Shown here in pieces: positions 31,560 to 41,821 of a DNA stretch of 64,000 nucleotides. The notes beneath the pieces were generated by a model, which had not been told where the DNA came from, ran no database searches, and worked only from the letters and a program-made list of their open reading frames with translations. The DNA comes from an uncultured delta proteobacterium (GTDB lineage Bacteria > Myxococcota > Myxococcia > Myxococcales > Myxococcaceae): contig CAVZMH010000018.1 of the NCBI GenBank assembly GCA_963776345.1, positions 133,704 through 197,703 of the forward strand. Direction: 5' to 3'. The translations under genes were made by a program, and so were the position numbers. Every line of letters starts with the position of its first letter. Positions within the stretch are counted from its first letter, which is position 1.

Positions 31560-31934
31560 GTGGACGCGTGCGTGCTGGTGGTGGAGGACGACCGGGACCT
31601 CCGGGAATGCCTGGTCGACGTCCTGCGTACCGAGCTGCCCGGCCTCGAGCTGCGTGAGGCTCGCCACGGACGGGAGGCCCTGGCCGAGATCGAGCGGCGG
31701 ACTCCCACGCTCGTCCTCCTGGACATGCTGATGCCGGTGATGGACGGCGCCGAGTTCCTCGAGGCGCTGGACCGCGCCGGCTCCGTCGACCTCCCCCGGG
31801 TGGTCATCCTCTCCGCTGGGGACGAGGAGCACCTCGGGGCGCCCCGGCCCCGGGTGGTGGGCGCGCTCCGCAAGCCCGTCCACATGGACGAGCTGGTGAA
31901 CGTCGTCCGGCGGTGGTGCGAGCCGCGGGGCTGA
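31560..31934 (+). CDS. Single-domain response regulator
   Basis: [25 protein letters not shown] receiver motifs. Confidence 0.88.
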   Translation: MDACVLVVEDDRDLRECLVDVLRTELPGLELREARHGREALAEIERRTPTLVLLDMLMPVMDGAEFLEALDRAGSVDLPRVVILSAGDEEHLGAPRPRVVGALRKPVHMDELVNVVRRWCEPRG

Positions 31935-31958
31935 AGCGGCGACCCCTCGCGCGGACCG

Positions 31959-32717
31959 TCAGTTCAGGAACTCGATGCTGAACTCGGCGCTGCCGGCGAT
32001 CGGCTGTCCCTCCGCGTCGAGCGCCGGCAGGTACCTCTCGTCGAGCGCGCAGTCGATCGCCCGTCGGTTGAAGTCCTCGGGCCCCGGCTTGACGACGTGC
32101 ACCTGGCCCGGGCGGCCGTCGAGCAGCACCTCCACCCGGATGCGGACCACCACCCGGCCGAGCTCCTCGTAGCCGGGGCGGCGGCAGCGCCAGTCGGTCC
32201 GGGTCAGCCACGCCTTGCGGGCCCTCGACCTCACGCTGCCGCTTCCGGGGCCCGCCCCGGTGCCGGTCCCGGTTCCGGTTCCGCCGCCGCCGCCCGGACC
32301 CGGCGCCGCGTCCGGGTCGCCGTCCCCGTCGTCCTCGTCACCGGCCTCCTCCGCCTCGGCGACCTTCGGCGGCTCGAGCACGCGCGGCGGGGGCGGCGGG
32401 GTCTCGCTCACCGGCGGCGGGATGACCTTGGGGGCCTGCACCCGGCGCTGGAGGCGGTGGCGGCGCGCCGGGGGAGGGGGCCGCTTCGGGCCGCCGCCGG
32501 GTGGCTGGTTCACCGCCACCTTTCTCGGCGGCAGGCGCAGGGCGACCGGGACCGGCTCACGCGCGGTCGTCGGCCTGGAGGGTGGCCTCCGCACCACCCA
32601 GCCGATCACCACCGCATGGAGCACGGTGACGAGGACCAGCGGCCCGACGAACCGGCGGCGCGGCTCGCGAGCCTGGAACAGAGGTGGCCTGTCGTCGCCC
32701 CCCGGAAGCCTCGACAT
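31959..32717 (-). CDS. TonB-like protein (TM anchor, Pro-rich linker, TonB C-terminal domain)
   Basis: VTVLHAVVIG TM helix with His, Pro-rich and Gly/Thr-rich linker, VVVRIRVEVLLDGR...RYLPALDAEGQPI. Confidence 0.75.
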   Translation of the reverse strand: MSRLPGGDDRPPLFQAREPRRRFVGPLVLVTVLHAVVIGWVVRRPPSRPTTAREPVPVALRLPPRKVAVNQPPGGGPKRPPPPARRHRLQRRVQAPKVIPPPVSETPPPPPRVLEPPKVAEAEEAGDEDDGDGDPDAAPGPGGGGGTGTGTGTGAGPGSGSVRSRARKAWLTRTDWRCRRPGYEELGRVVVRIRVEVLLDGRPGQVHVVKPGPEDFNRRAIDCALDERYLPALDAEGQPIAGSAEFSIEFLN

Positions 32718-32784
32718 CGGGCGGGCACCCTAGCCGAGCGCGCACCCGGCTGCCTCACCTCCAGGCACCGGTCCGTTCGCCGGG

Positions 32785-32988
32785 TCAGGTTTGCCCGGCC
32801 GGCGTCCCGACTCCGAGACGCCGGAAGATCATCTCGGCCGGACAGAACCGAGTGAAGGCGGACTGGATGAGGTTCAGCCCGACGAACACGTCGAGCAGGA
32901 GCCACCAGGGGCTCACCAGCCGCGACAGCACCACACCGACGAGGACAAAGCTTCCGGCCAGGACCCGGACGGCACCTTCGATGGTCAT
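32785..32988 (-). CDS. DUF2892 (YgaP-like) membrane protein
   Basis: VRVLAGSFVL...FVGLNLIQSAFTRFCPAEMIFRRLG. Confidence 0.85.
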   Translation of the reverse strand: MTIEGAVRVLAGSFVLVGVVLSRLVSPWWLLLDVFVGLNLIQSAFTRFCPAEMIFRRLGVGTPAGQT

Positions 32989-33034
32989 GGCGCCTTTGAG
33001 CCAGGTGCTCCGGAAAAGGGCTCGCCGGCGGATT

Positions 33035-33961
33035 TCACCAGGAGTGTGGCCGCAGGGCGCGCGGGCCGTGGGTCCGGATGTGCGTCACGAGGAAGTCGAG
33101 CAGCGCCCGGACGCGGGGCGGGGTCTGCGTGCGGTGCGCCGTCAGCGCGTGAATGCCGAACTCGGCGCGCCGGGTCCCCTCCAGGACCAGCTGGAGACGG
33201 CCGGCCGCCACGTCCTCGGCCACCAGCATCGAGGGCACCGCCGCCAGGCCCGCCCCGGCCAGGACCGCCTCCCGGAGCGTGAGCCCGTCGGTGCAGGAGA
33301 GGGGACCCCGGGTGGAGACCTCGAGCGTGCGTCCCTCGCGGCGGAAGCGCCACTCGGCGGCGCGGGGCACCAGCGCGTAGTGGAGGCACGCGTGCTGGAG
33401 GAGGTCCTCCGGCACCCGCGGTGTCCCGGCGCGGGCCAGGTACGCGGGTGAGGCGCAGACGACCAGCCGGTCGGTGGCGAGCCGCCGCGCCACCAGGCTG
33501 GAGTCGGTCAGCCGCCCGATGCGGAACACCACGTCGAACCCGCCCTCGACCACGTCCACCAGCCGGTCGTCGGTCGAGAGGTGGACCTCGACCTCCGGAT
33601 GGAGCGCGAGGAACTCGGTCACCGCGCGCGCCAGGTAGAGCTGCGAGAACGCCACGGTGGCGTTGAGCCGGAGGGTCCCCCGGACGGCGCCGGTCGCGAG
33701 CCCCGCCACCTCCTGGGCCCCGTCGGCGGCGGCGACGAGCGCGCGCGCGTGCTCGTGGATCCGCCCCCCCTCCTCGGTCAGGGACAGGGTCCTCGTCGTC
33801 CGGTGCAGCAGCCGGACCCCCAGGACCCGCTCCAGCTCGGCGATGCGCCGGCTCACCGCCGACTTGGCGAGGCCCACCTCGCGGGCGGCGGCCGAGAACG
33901 AGCGGTGGTGGACCACCCGGGCGAAGAGCGCGAGCGAGGCGACCTGGTCGACGGGAATCAT
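33035..33961 (-). CDS. LysR family transcriptional regulator
   Basis: SFSAAAREVGLAKSAVSRRIAELERVLGVRLLHRTTR, DRLVDVVEGGFDVVFRIG. Confidence 0.92.
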   Translation of the reverse strand: MIPVDQVASLALFARVVHHRSFSAAAREVGLAKSAVSRRIAELERVLGVRLLHRTTRTLSLTEEGGRIHEHARALVAAADGAQEVAGLATGAVRGTLRLNATVAFSQLYLARAVTEFLALHPEVEVHLSTDDRLVDVVEGGFDVVFRIGRLTDSSLVARRLATDRLVVCASPAYLARAGTPRVPEDLLQHACLHYALVPRAAEWRFRREGRTLEVSTRGPLSCTDGLTLREAVLAGAGLAAVPSMLVAEDVAAGRLQLVLEGTRRAEFGIHALTAHRTQTPPRVRALLDFLVTHIRTHGPRALRPHSW

Positions 33962-33979
33962 CGTTCTCCTCCGAGAACG
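33962..33979. promoter_or_regulatory. Probable LysR operator (palindrome containing T-N11-A)
   Basis: CGTTCTC-CTCC-GAGAACG abutting the lysR start, between divergent genes. Confidence 0.55.
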
Positions 33980-34045
33980 GTCAGTTGCCGAAGCGGAGGA
34001 TGCCCCTGAGACATCCCAGTGGCAAACCCCTCGTGGAGGTTCGCA

Positions 34046-34549
34046 ATGGAGAACGATGCTCACAGCGCTCGTGTGCAGGCCATCCTGGCCGGAGGGCTCC
34101 TGGCCGCGGTGCTGGACGCGGTGGACGCCCTCGTCGCCTACAAGCTGGCGTTCGGGATGACGCTGGTGGCCATCTACCAGTTCGTCGCCAGCGGACTGCT
34201 CGGTCAGGCGGCGTACGGCGGGGGAGCGGCGACCGCGCTCCTCGGACTGGCCATTCACTTCCTCGTCGCCTTCAGCGCCGCGGCGGCGTTCGTGCTCGCG
34301 AGCGAGCGGCTCCCCCTGCTCCGGCGTGACGCGGCGAGGTGGGGACCGCTGTTCGGGCTCGGGGTCTTCGTGGTGATGAGCTTCGTGGTGATTCCGCTCT
34401 CCCGGATTCCCGCCTCCTCACCCTCGTTGCCGCTGCTCCTGAACGGCCTCATCGGCCACGCGCTCCTGGTGGGCCTGCCGATCGCGCTCGCCGCCCGTCG
34501 GTACCTCGGCCGTGGGGAGCGGACCGCGCTGGCCGGCGCCCCGGCCTGA
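34046..34549 (+). CDS. Four-TM membrane protein, divergent from lysR
   Basis: GGAGG RBS; IYQFVASGLLGQAAYGGG, LGLAIHFLVA, VMSFVVIPLS, LIGHALLVGLPIA. Confidence 0.8.
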   Translation: MENDAHSARVQAILAGGLLAAVLDAVDALVAYKLAFGMTLVAIYQFVASGLLGQAAYGGGAATALLGLAIHFLVAFSAAAAFVLASERLPLLRRDAARWGPLFGLGVFVVMSFVVIPLSRIPASSPSLPLLLNGLIGHALLVGLPIALAARRYLGRGERTALAGAPA

Positions 34550-34552
34550 AAG

Positions 34553-34570
34553 ATGGGGAACCCTCCCCAT
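34553..34570. promoter_or_regulatory. 18-bp palindrome upstream of the dsrE-like/LuxR-ATPase genes
   Basis: ATGGGGA-ACCC-TCCCCAT perfect 7-4-7 inverted repeat with no U-tract. Confidence 0.55.
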
Positions 34571-34636
34571 GTGCCTCGATCGGCCCCTCGCCAGGCTCCT
34601 CGGCGCTGGACCTTCCTCCAGCGTTCGAGGTGAGCC

Positions 34637-35008
34637 ATGTCGGAGCAGCAGCGTGAGCTGGTGGTGCTGATGACCAAGGGGATCGACCACGAGCTGTCGT
34701 CGGTCGCCTTCACCATCGCCAACGGCGGGATGACCGCCGGGTTCAAGTCGGTGACGATGTTCCTGACCAGCGCCGCGGTCGACCTCGCCCGCCGCCGGGC
34801 CATCGACGCCACCCACGTCCCCCCGCTCGATCCGCTGCGCGAGCTGGTGAAGGACTTCCTCCGCCGGGGTGGAAGGCTGGTGGCGTGTACGCCCTGCGTG
34901 AAGTCGCGCGGCTACACGCAGCAGGACTTCATCGAGGGCGTGGAGATCGCCGGTTCGAGCGTCATCCACGAACGGCTCCTGGCCGGGGCCGCCTCGCTGA
35001 GCTTCTGA
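34637..35008 (+). CDS. DsrE-family protein
   Basis: VTMFLTSAAVDL, GGRLVACTPCVKSRG. Confidence 0.85.
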   Translation: MSEQQRELVVLMTKGIDHELSSVAFTIANGGMTAGFKSVTMFLTSAAVDLARRRAIDATHVPPLDPLRELVKDFLRRGGRLVACTPCVKSRGYTQQDFIEGVEIAGSSVIHERLLAGAASLSF

Positions 35009-35042
35009 GGCCGGACGGCCCTGCGGTACGCTCCGGGGTCGG

Positions 35043-37637
35043 ATGCGGCTGTACGAGCGCGAGGGGCCGCTGGCTGCGCTCACCGAGGCGTGGACGGAGG
35101 CCGGGACCGGACGGGGACTGCTGGTGCTCGTCGGCGGAGAGGCCGGGGCGGGGAAGACCAGCCTCGTCCGCGCGTTCGCCGAGCAGAGAGCGCCCGGGTC
35201 GCCGGGTGCTCGTGGGTGGCTGCGACTCGCTCTCCACCCCGCGCCCGCTCGGGCCGCTGCGGGACATGGCGGCGTCGGCGCCGGAGCTCGGGGCGCTGCT
35301 CGAGACCACCCCGCGGCGGGAGGCGCTGTTCGGGGCGGTGCTCGCCGAGCTGCGCCGGGTCCGGCCAACCTTGCTGGTCATCGAGGACGCCCACTGGGCG
35401 GACGCGGCGACCATCGACCTGCTCCGCTTCCTCGGGCGGCGGGTGGAGTCGTCCGGCGCCCTGCTGGTGGTGACGCTCCGGGAGGAGCGAGGTCGGCCCG
35501 GCGCACCCGCTCCGGATGGCGCTCGGCGACGTGGCGAGCGCCGGTGCGCTCCGGCGCATCCCGGTGGAGCCGCTGTCCGTCGACGCGGTCCGGGCCATGG
35601 CCTCCGGCACCGGGCTCGACCCGGACGAGCTCCACCGGCAGACGGGCGGGAACGCCTTCTTCGTGACCGAGCTCATCGCCGGCCGGGAGGCGTCGGTGCC
35701 CCACAACGTGCTCGACGCGGTCCTCGCCCGGGTGGGGCGTCTGCCGCCGGCGGCGCGACGGACGCTGGAGGCCGCGGCCGTGGGGGGCGCCACGGTCGAG
35801 CTGTCGGTCCTCGAGCCGCTGCTCGGCCCGGAGCCTGGCGCTCGAGCCGTGTGTCGCGCTGGGTCTCCTCCGGAGCGAGGCGGACCGGGTGAGCTTCCGC
35901 CACGAGATCGTCCGCCAGGCGATCCTCTCGGCGCTCCCGCCCGGACGGGAGCGCGCGCTGCACGCCGAGCTGCTCGCCGTCCTCCGCTCCGGGCGGAGCG
36001 GGGCTCCGGACCTCGCACGGCTCTCGCACCACGCGGCGGGCGCGGCGGATGCGCCCGCGGTGCTGGAGTACGCGGTGGCCGCGGCCCGGCAGGCCCGCGC
36101 GCTGCGCTCGCACCGGGAGGCCGCCGCCCAGCTCGCGCGGGCGCTGGCGTTCGCCGGGGCGGACCACGGTCGGCGGGCCGAGCTGCTGGAGGCGTACGCC
36201 GTCGAGTGCTACCTGACCGGAAGGCTCGAGGAGGCGATCGAGACCTGCCAGCAGGCGGTCCGTCTCCGCGAGTCGCTCGGGGAACCACTCCGCCAGGGCG
36301 ACGACCTGCGCTGGCTGTCGCGCTTCCACTGGTTCGCCGGGAGCAACGCCGAGGCGGAGCGCTGCGCAGCCCGGGCGATCGAGGCGCTGGAGGAGATGCC
36401 GCCGGGACGGGAGCTCGCGACCGCCTACAGCAACGCCGCCCAGCTCCGGATGCTCGCCGCCGACACGGTCGAGGGTGCGCGGTGGAGCCGGAAGGCGCTC
36501 ACCCTGGCGCGGCGGCTCGGCGAGCGGCCGACCGTCATCCACGCGCTCTGCAACCTGGGGAGCTGCAAGCTCCAGGCGTCCGACGAGGAGGGATGGCGCC
36601 TGCTGCGCCAGAGCCTCGACGGCGCGATCGTCGCCGGCCTGGACGACGACGCGGCGCGAGCCTGGGCGAACCTGACCACCTACGCCGTCACCCGGCGGCA
36701 GCTCGCGCGCGCCGCCGGCTTCGTCGAGGAGGGGCTCGCGTACACCGAGGAGCGCGACCTCGACGCCTATCGCTTCTACCTCTGCGGCTGGAGCGCGATG
36801 GCCGAGCTGCACGGAGGGCGGCTCGAGGCGGCGGCGGCGTGTGCGGAGGAGGTGCTGCGGCGCCCCGGGCTGCCCATCCTCTCCCGGGTCATCCCGCTGA
36901 CGGTGCTGGGCCGGGTCCGGGCACGGCGAGGCGAGCCGGAGGTCTGGCCGGCGCTGGACGAGGCCCTCGAGCTGGCGGGCCGCATCGGAGAGCACCAGCG
37001 GCTCGGCCCGGTGGCCATCGCCCGGGCCGAGGCGGCGTGGCTCGAGGGCGACGACGGCCGCGCCCGCGCCGAGGTCGCCCGGGCGCTCCCCCGGGCCATC
37101 GAGGTCCGCGACGGATGGATCGGCGGCGAGCTGCTCCTCCTTTCGTGGCGAGCCGGGGAGGCGGTGAGGCCACCCCGCTGGGTGGCGCCCCCGCTCCGGT
37201 CCCAGCTGCTCGGCCAGCACGCCGCCGCGCGGCGCGAGTGGGTCCGGCTTGGCTGCCCGTTCGAGGCCGCGCTTGCGCTCGCCGACGCCGGCGACGAGAA
37301 GAGCCTCCGCGGGGCGTTCGAGGCGCTGGAGCAGCTCGGGATGCGCGCTGCCGCCGCGCGCGTCGCGGCGAGGCTCCGCGCTCAGGGCGTGCGCAAGGTC
37401 CCCCGCGGCCGGAGGGCGAGCACCCGGGGCCACCCGGCAGGCCTGACCGCACGGGAGACCGAGGTGCTGGCGCTCCTCGGGGAGGGTCTGCGAAATGCCG
37501 AGATCGGCCGGCGGCTCTTCATCTCTCCCAAGACGGTGGACCACCACGTCTCGGCGATTCTCGACAAGCTGGGCGTCGAGACCCGGGCGCAGGCCGCGCG
37601 GTGGCGGCCGTCCCATCCGCCGGGGCCGCGGCGCTGA
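35043..37637 (+). CDS. Large ATP-binding LuxR-family regulator (AAA ATPase, TPR-like region, LuxR HTH); frameshifted
   Basis: GEAGAGKTSLV, LLVIEDAHWADAATIDLL, TGGNAFFVTE, FRHEIVRQA, GLTARETEVLALLGEGLRNAEIGRRLFISPKTVDHHVSAIL; frame changes near 35200, 35490 and 35830-35880. Confidence 0.88.
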
Positions 37638-37655
37638 GCCCCGGGCGCCCTCCGC

Positions 37656-39534
37656 TCAGAGCCCGTCGGACCGGGTCTTGGCCGGGAGCGTCTGCACCAT
37701 CGGGTTCAGATCCGGGCCCACCCAGGGCCAGGCCGTGCTCGCCGGCCACCAGCCCGGCTTGGCGGTCAGGTAGAGCGAGGGCGGCAGCGTCTGCGCGCCG
37801 CTCGCGTTCCACTGGGTGGACTGGTGGAAGGCGTCGTAGTTCCCGGTCCGGAAGAGCGAGGTGGCTGCGATGTCGTTCTGGCCTCCGCCGTTCTCGCCGA
37901 GCTCGTAGATGGAGGGCGGGGTGACCGCGCCGTACTGGTCGTACACCTGGGTGACGCCCGCCTTGCCGAGCACGTTCCCCACCACGTTCATCCCCACGTC
38001 GCCGCCCTGGAGCTCGATGGCGGTGACGTTGCTCGCTCGCGGCGTGCTGGAGGTGGCGATCTCCGGCGGGGCGAACTGGGTCGAGGCGTAGTTCCGGAAG
38101 AAGGTGAAGTAGCCGGCGTTGCCGTGGGTGTTGGCCGCGCCCATGTGAGGGGCCATGTTTCCCTCGATGAGCTCCATGTGGCTGAACGAGCAGTGGCTGT
38201 CGATGTTCAGCTCCTGCCAGTTGCCGTCGCCCCACGAGTTGTCGGCGTAGTTGTAGGCGATGACGTTCCCGCCGCCGCTCACGCTCATGAGGATCGGCTT
38301 GTTCATGTAGCGGGCGATGTTGTTCTCCACCAGGTTGTCCGCCGAGAAGCAGCCCAGGACGATGCCGTAGCAGTCGGTGCCGTAGCCGTAGTTGGCCGAG
38401 TGGTGGAAGTTGCTGTCGCGGACCACGCAGCGGTACGCGGCGCCGAGGCGGACGTGCATCCCGCCGTTGGTCTGGTCGGTCTGGACGTCCTTGACCCAGC
38501 AGAACGCCGCGTTGCTGATGTCGATGCCCCCTGCCGACTGACCGTCGTAGGAGCCCGCCGTGCCGCCCTGGAGGTGCACGCTCTCGATGCCGGCCCAGCT
38601 CACCGTGGGACTGCTGGAGAGCCGGAAGGCCTGGGCGTTGTCGGGCTGCCTGCCTTGTAGTTCCAGTGCAGCGCGGCGCCGAGGCTCAACGTTCCCGCGG
38701 CGGTGTCGACCTGGGTGACCTGCACGACCTGCGCGGTCGAGCGGTACGAGCCCGCGCTCCCGCGCTTGTAGTAGACGCAGTCGCCGATGACCACCGGCGA
38801 GGTGTCCACCTGGTCGACGACGATCAGATCGCCGGCGTGGAAGCTCGAGGCGGCGCTGCCCACGCTGAGGGTGGTGCTGTCCTTCGCCGCGTCGGCGGTC
38901 AGCGCCACGGGCTGGACGCCGTTCCCGTAGCAGACCTGGTCGCGTCCGGTGCCGATGGCGAGCACGGTTCCGCCGTTGCTCTTGACGATGGTGGTGCCGC
39001 CCGAGCCCGAGCCCGAGCCGCGCAGGACGACCTTGCTCCGGACCTGGATGGTCGAGCTGATGGTGAAGGTGCCCGGCGCGAGCAGCACCACCTGGTTGTC
39101 CGGGCAGGCGTCGATGGCCGACTGGATGTTGTCGCCGGGGTTGAGCGTCTTGCAGACGGTGGTGCGCTGGGGCAGACCGTCGGCGCCGAGCGGGAGACCG
39201 AGCGGGACGTCGGCGAGGATGCCCGGGTTCCACCGGGTGGTCCGGTCGGCAGGGATGATCGCGCTCCCGCCACCGCCACCGCCACCGCCGCCGCCGCCCG
39301 CCGCCGCCGCCCGCATCCGGGGTCCCGCCGCCACCCCACCGCCACCGCCGCCCGCATCCGGGGCCTCCACCGCCACCGCCGCCGCCACCACCACCGCCAC
39401 CACCTCCTCCACCACCGTCCTGCTGGAGCGGGAGGCCGCCGTCACCGCCGAGCGCGTTCGTCGGCGCCTCGACCAGGCGCGTTACAGCCGAAGAGCGCTG
39501 CGGCGAGCAGCACGAGTGCGACACATCGGATCAT
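37656..39534 (-). CDS. Lipoprotein with Gly-rich linker and pectin lyase-like beta-helix domain; frameshifted
   Basis: GAGG RBS, MIRCVALVLLAAALFGC lipobox; IIPADRTTRWNPGI, IQSAIDACPDNQVVLLAPGTF, VVLRGSG, DNLVENNIA, GNVIAYNY, MELIEGN. Confidence 0.75.
39266..39420 (-). repeat. Low-complexity GGN (poly-Gly) coding repeat with PDAG units
   Basis: Runs of ccgcca/ccgccg/ccacca on the plus strand encoding GGGG linkers. Confidence 0.85.
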
Positions 39535-39752
39535 CGTTGTTCCTCGCGGCACGGACCCTGTCGTGCGCGATCGATCCGGTCAACGCGGAGGAGCAATAAC
39601 CACATGTGGGTTACGCCCGCTCGCTCGCTTGCGAGTCGGATCTGCGCGGAAAAGTCCGCGGAGATCGGCGAGGCGTGGCGCGCCTGCGACAGAGGTCTAC
39701 ACTTGATAGCAGCGATCTCCGATTCGTCGTCCGTCGCCGCCGCCGGAAGGCG

Positions 39753-41665
39753 CTACGCGCGCGCGAGCAGCTCGCGGATCTGCCGCGACAGGAAGTGGCA
39801 GTACGCCTCGACGTAGCTGGGCTCGCCGGGGCCCGGCGAGGTCTGCAGCCAGGGGTTCATCAGGGTGTGGCGGAGCAGGAAGAGCCCGTCGTCGTCGGCC
39901 GGTGCGAGGTCGAGCCCCAGCGCGGCTCCGACCCGCTGCAGCTCCTCGGCCCCGAGATGGCTCAGGGGAACCGTGGTGCACGAGCCGAAGAACTCCTTGA
40001 GCTGCACCGGGCGGTCGGGGCGAACGTCGATGGTCTCGAAGAGGCGCCGGCCGAAGGCGTTGGCGGCCCTCAGCGAGCGGTTCCCGCGTGGGGTTGAAGG
40101 CCAGACAGACCAGGTTGCAGTCCGGCTCGAAGGGGATGGCCAGCCGCACCCAGGGCGAGAGCTCCTGCTGGAGGCTGGGGACCCGGTCGACGAGCCGCTC
40201 GCTGGTCTGGACCGAGCGGGCCAGCAGCCGCCCGAAGTGATCGTGGTCCAGCGGGAGGACGCGGTGGTTCACGTAGCAGGCCGCGGCGGCGGCGCCGGGC
40301 TTGCTGCCCTCGAGCACGTACCGGCCGAGCTTCCGGTACCGGCGCTCGTCCTCGTCCGGAGGCGAGGTGAAGACGTAGGGCGCCTCCTGCTGCACCAGGT
40401 CCAGCACCCGGCGGTTGCGCACCACCAGCGCCCCGGCGCCGAAGGGCACGAAGCCGAGCTTGTGCGGGTCCACGGTGACCGAGTCGACCTGCGCCAGCGC
40501 GGCCGTGGCCCGGTACACGCGCTCGGAGGGGAAGTAGTGGAAGCCCTCCCGGACCGCCTCACGGGGGAGCAGGCTGCCCTTCCGATCGCGGAAGAGCGTG
40601 GGCAGGTATCCGCCCCAGGCGGCGTCGACGTGGAGCCAGAACCCCGGGAAGCGCCGCCGGACCTCGAGCAGCTCGTGAATGGAGTCGAGCGTTCCGAACT
40701 CGGTCGTGCCGTACACCCCGACCACCGCCAGCACCGGGCGTCCCTCCGTCCGGAGCGCGGCGAGCGCCGGCTCGAGCTCGGAGCCGTCGAGCCGGGCCTG
40801 CCGCACCGGGACCTCGACCAGGTTCGCGCCGCCGAGCCCCAGCAGCTTCATCGCCTTGTGCCACGAGTAGTGCGCGGTGGCGGGCACCACCACCGCCATC
40901 CGCCTCAGGGCAGGGTGTCGCTCGGCGAAGGCGGCCAGCCCGAGCTCCTCCACCCGCGCCGCGGTGAGCGTCTCGAAGAGCTCGGAGCCCCGAGGCTCGC
41001 GGGCGCAGAAGGCGGACGCGCGCTGGCTCAGCGCGAGCACCTCGTCCGCGCCCAGCGCCAGCAGCTCCAGGTCGGTGCTGCCAGCCCGGACCGGCACGTC
41101 CGGAACCCAGATGCCCGTCGCCTGCGAGGCGTCGCGGAGCGCGAGCGGATAGAGCCTCGTCGCCCGTGCGAGCCAGAGCGCCTCGTCGTTGGCCAGGGTG
41201 CCGCCGGAGGTGAGGTGTCCCAGCGCGCAGGGCTCCTGGGCCGGAGTCGACGCCCATGCCGAGCATCTGCGCGAGCTGACGTCCAACCTCGAGCTCCAGC
41301 TGGACGGTGATCGGCGCCACGTCCTCGACGATGTTGTTCGGGTTGTAGAGGGTCGTGACCAGCTGGGCGATGAGGCCGGGCATCAGGAGGTCCGACACCA
41401 TGTGTCCCAGGTAGCGGGGATGGAACGAGGGCACGGACCGCTTGAGCGCGGCGGTCAGCTGGTGGAGCTCGTGCCGCGTCCGGGCGAGGCCGTCGAGGTA
41501 CGCCCGGGTGTACTGGTCATGCGTCCCGATGGGCGGCTCGTCCTCGGGGTGGAAGTTCCGGCGCCAGTAGACGTGGTCGCGCACCAGCTCGAGCAGCGTC
41601 TTCTCGAAGAAGTCGTTGTTCTCGCCGTAGGCTCCGAGGAAGAACGGTGCGAGCGGATCCGCCAT
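39753..41665 (-). CDS. Group II PLP-dependent decarboxylase (tyrosine decarboxylase-like); two frameshifts
   Basis: FFLGAYGEN, SVPSFHPRYLGHM, LYNPNN, GHLTSGGTLANDEALW, HYSWHKA, GTTEFGTLD, HVDAAWGGY, VTVDPHKLGFVPFGAG (PLP lysine), LEGSKPGA; breaks near 41240 and 40085. Confidence 0.85.
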
Positions 41666-41821
41666 GGCCCACGCATCGTCGCACCCGCGATGCGCGCGGC
41701 ACCACCGTTTCCCGCGCAATACGCAATACGGAGAGGTGAGGTCCGGGTTGCCCCGGTCGCCGACGAAATCGCGGGAGGAGTGAGACGTACCTGCCTTGCG
41801 GATCTCGCCACGAGGGTGCGC

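Noticed and set aside
39266..39420. Repeat tract as CRISPR or non-coding satellite
   Set aside because: No repeat-spacer structure or cas genes; it encodes a Gly linker.
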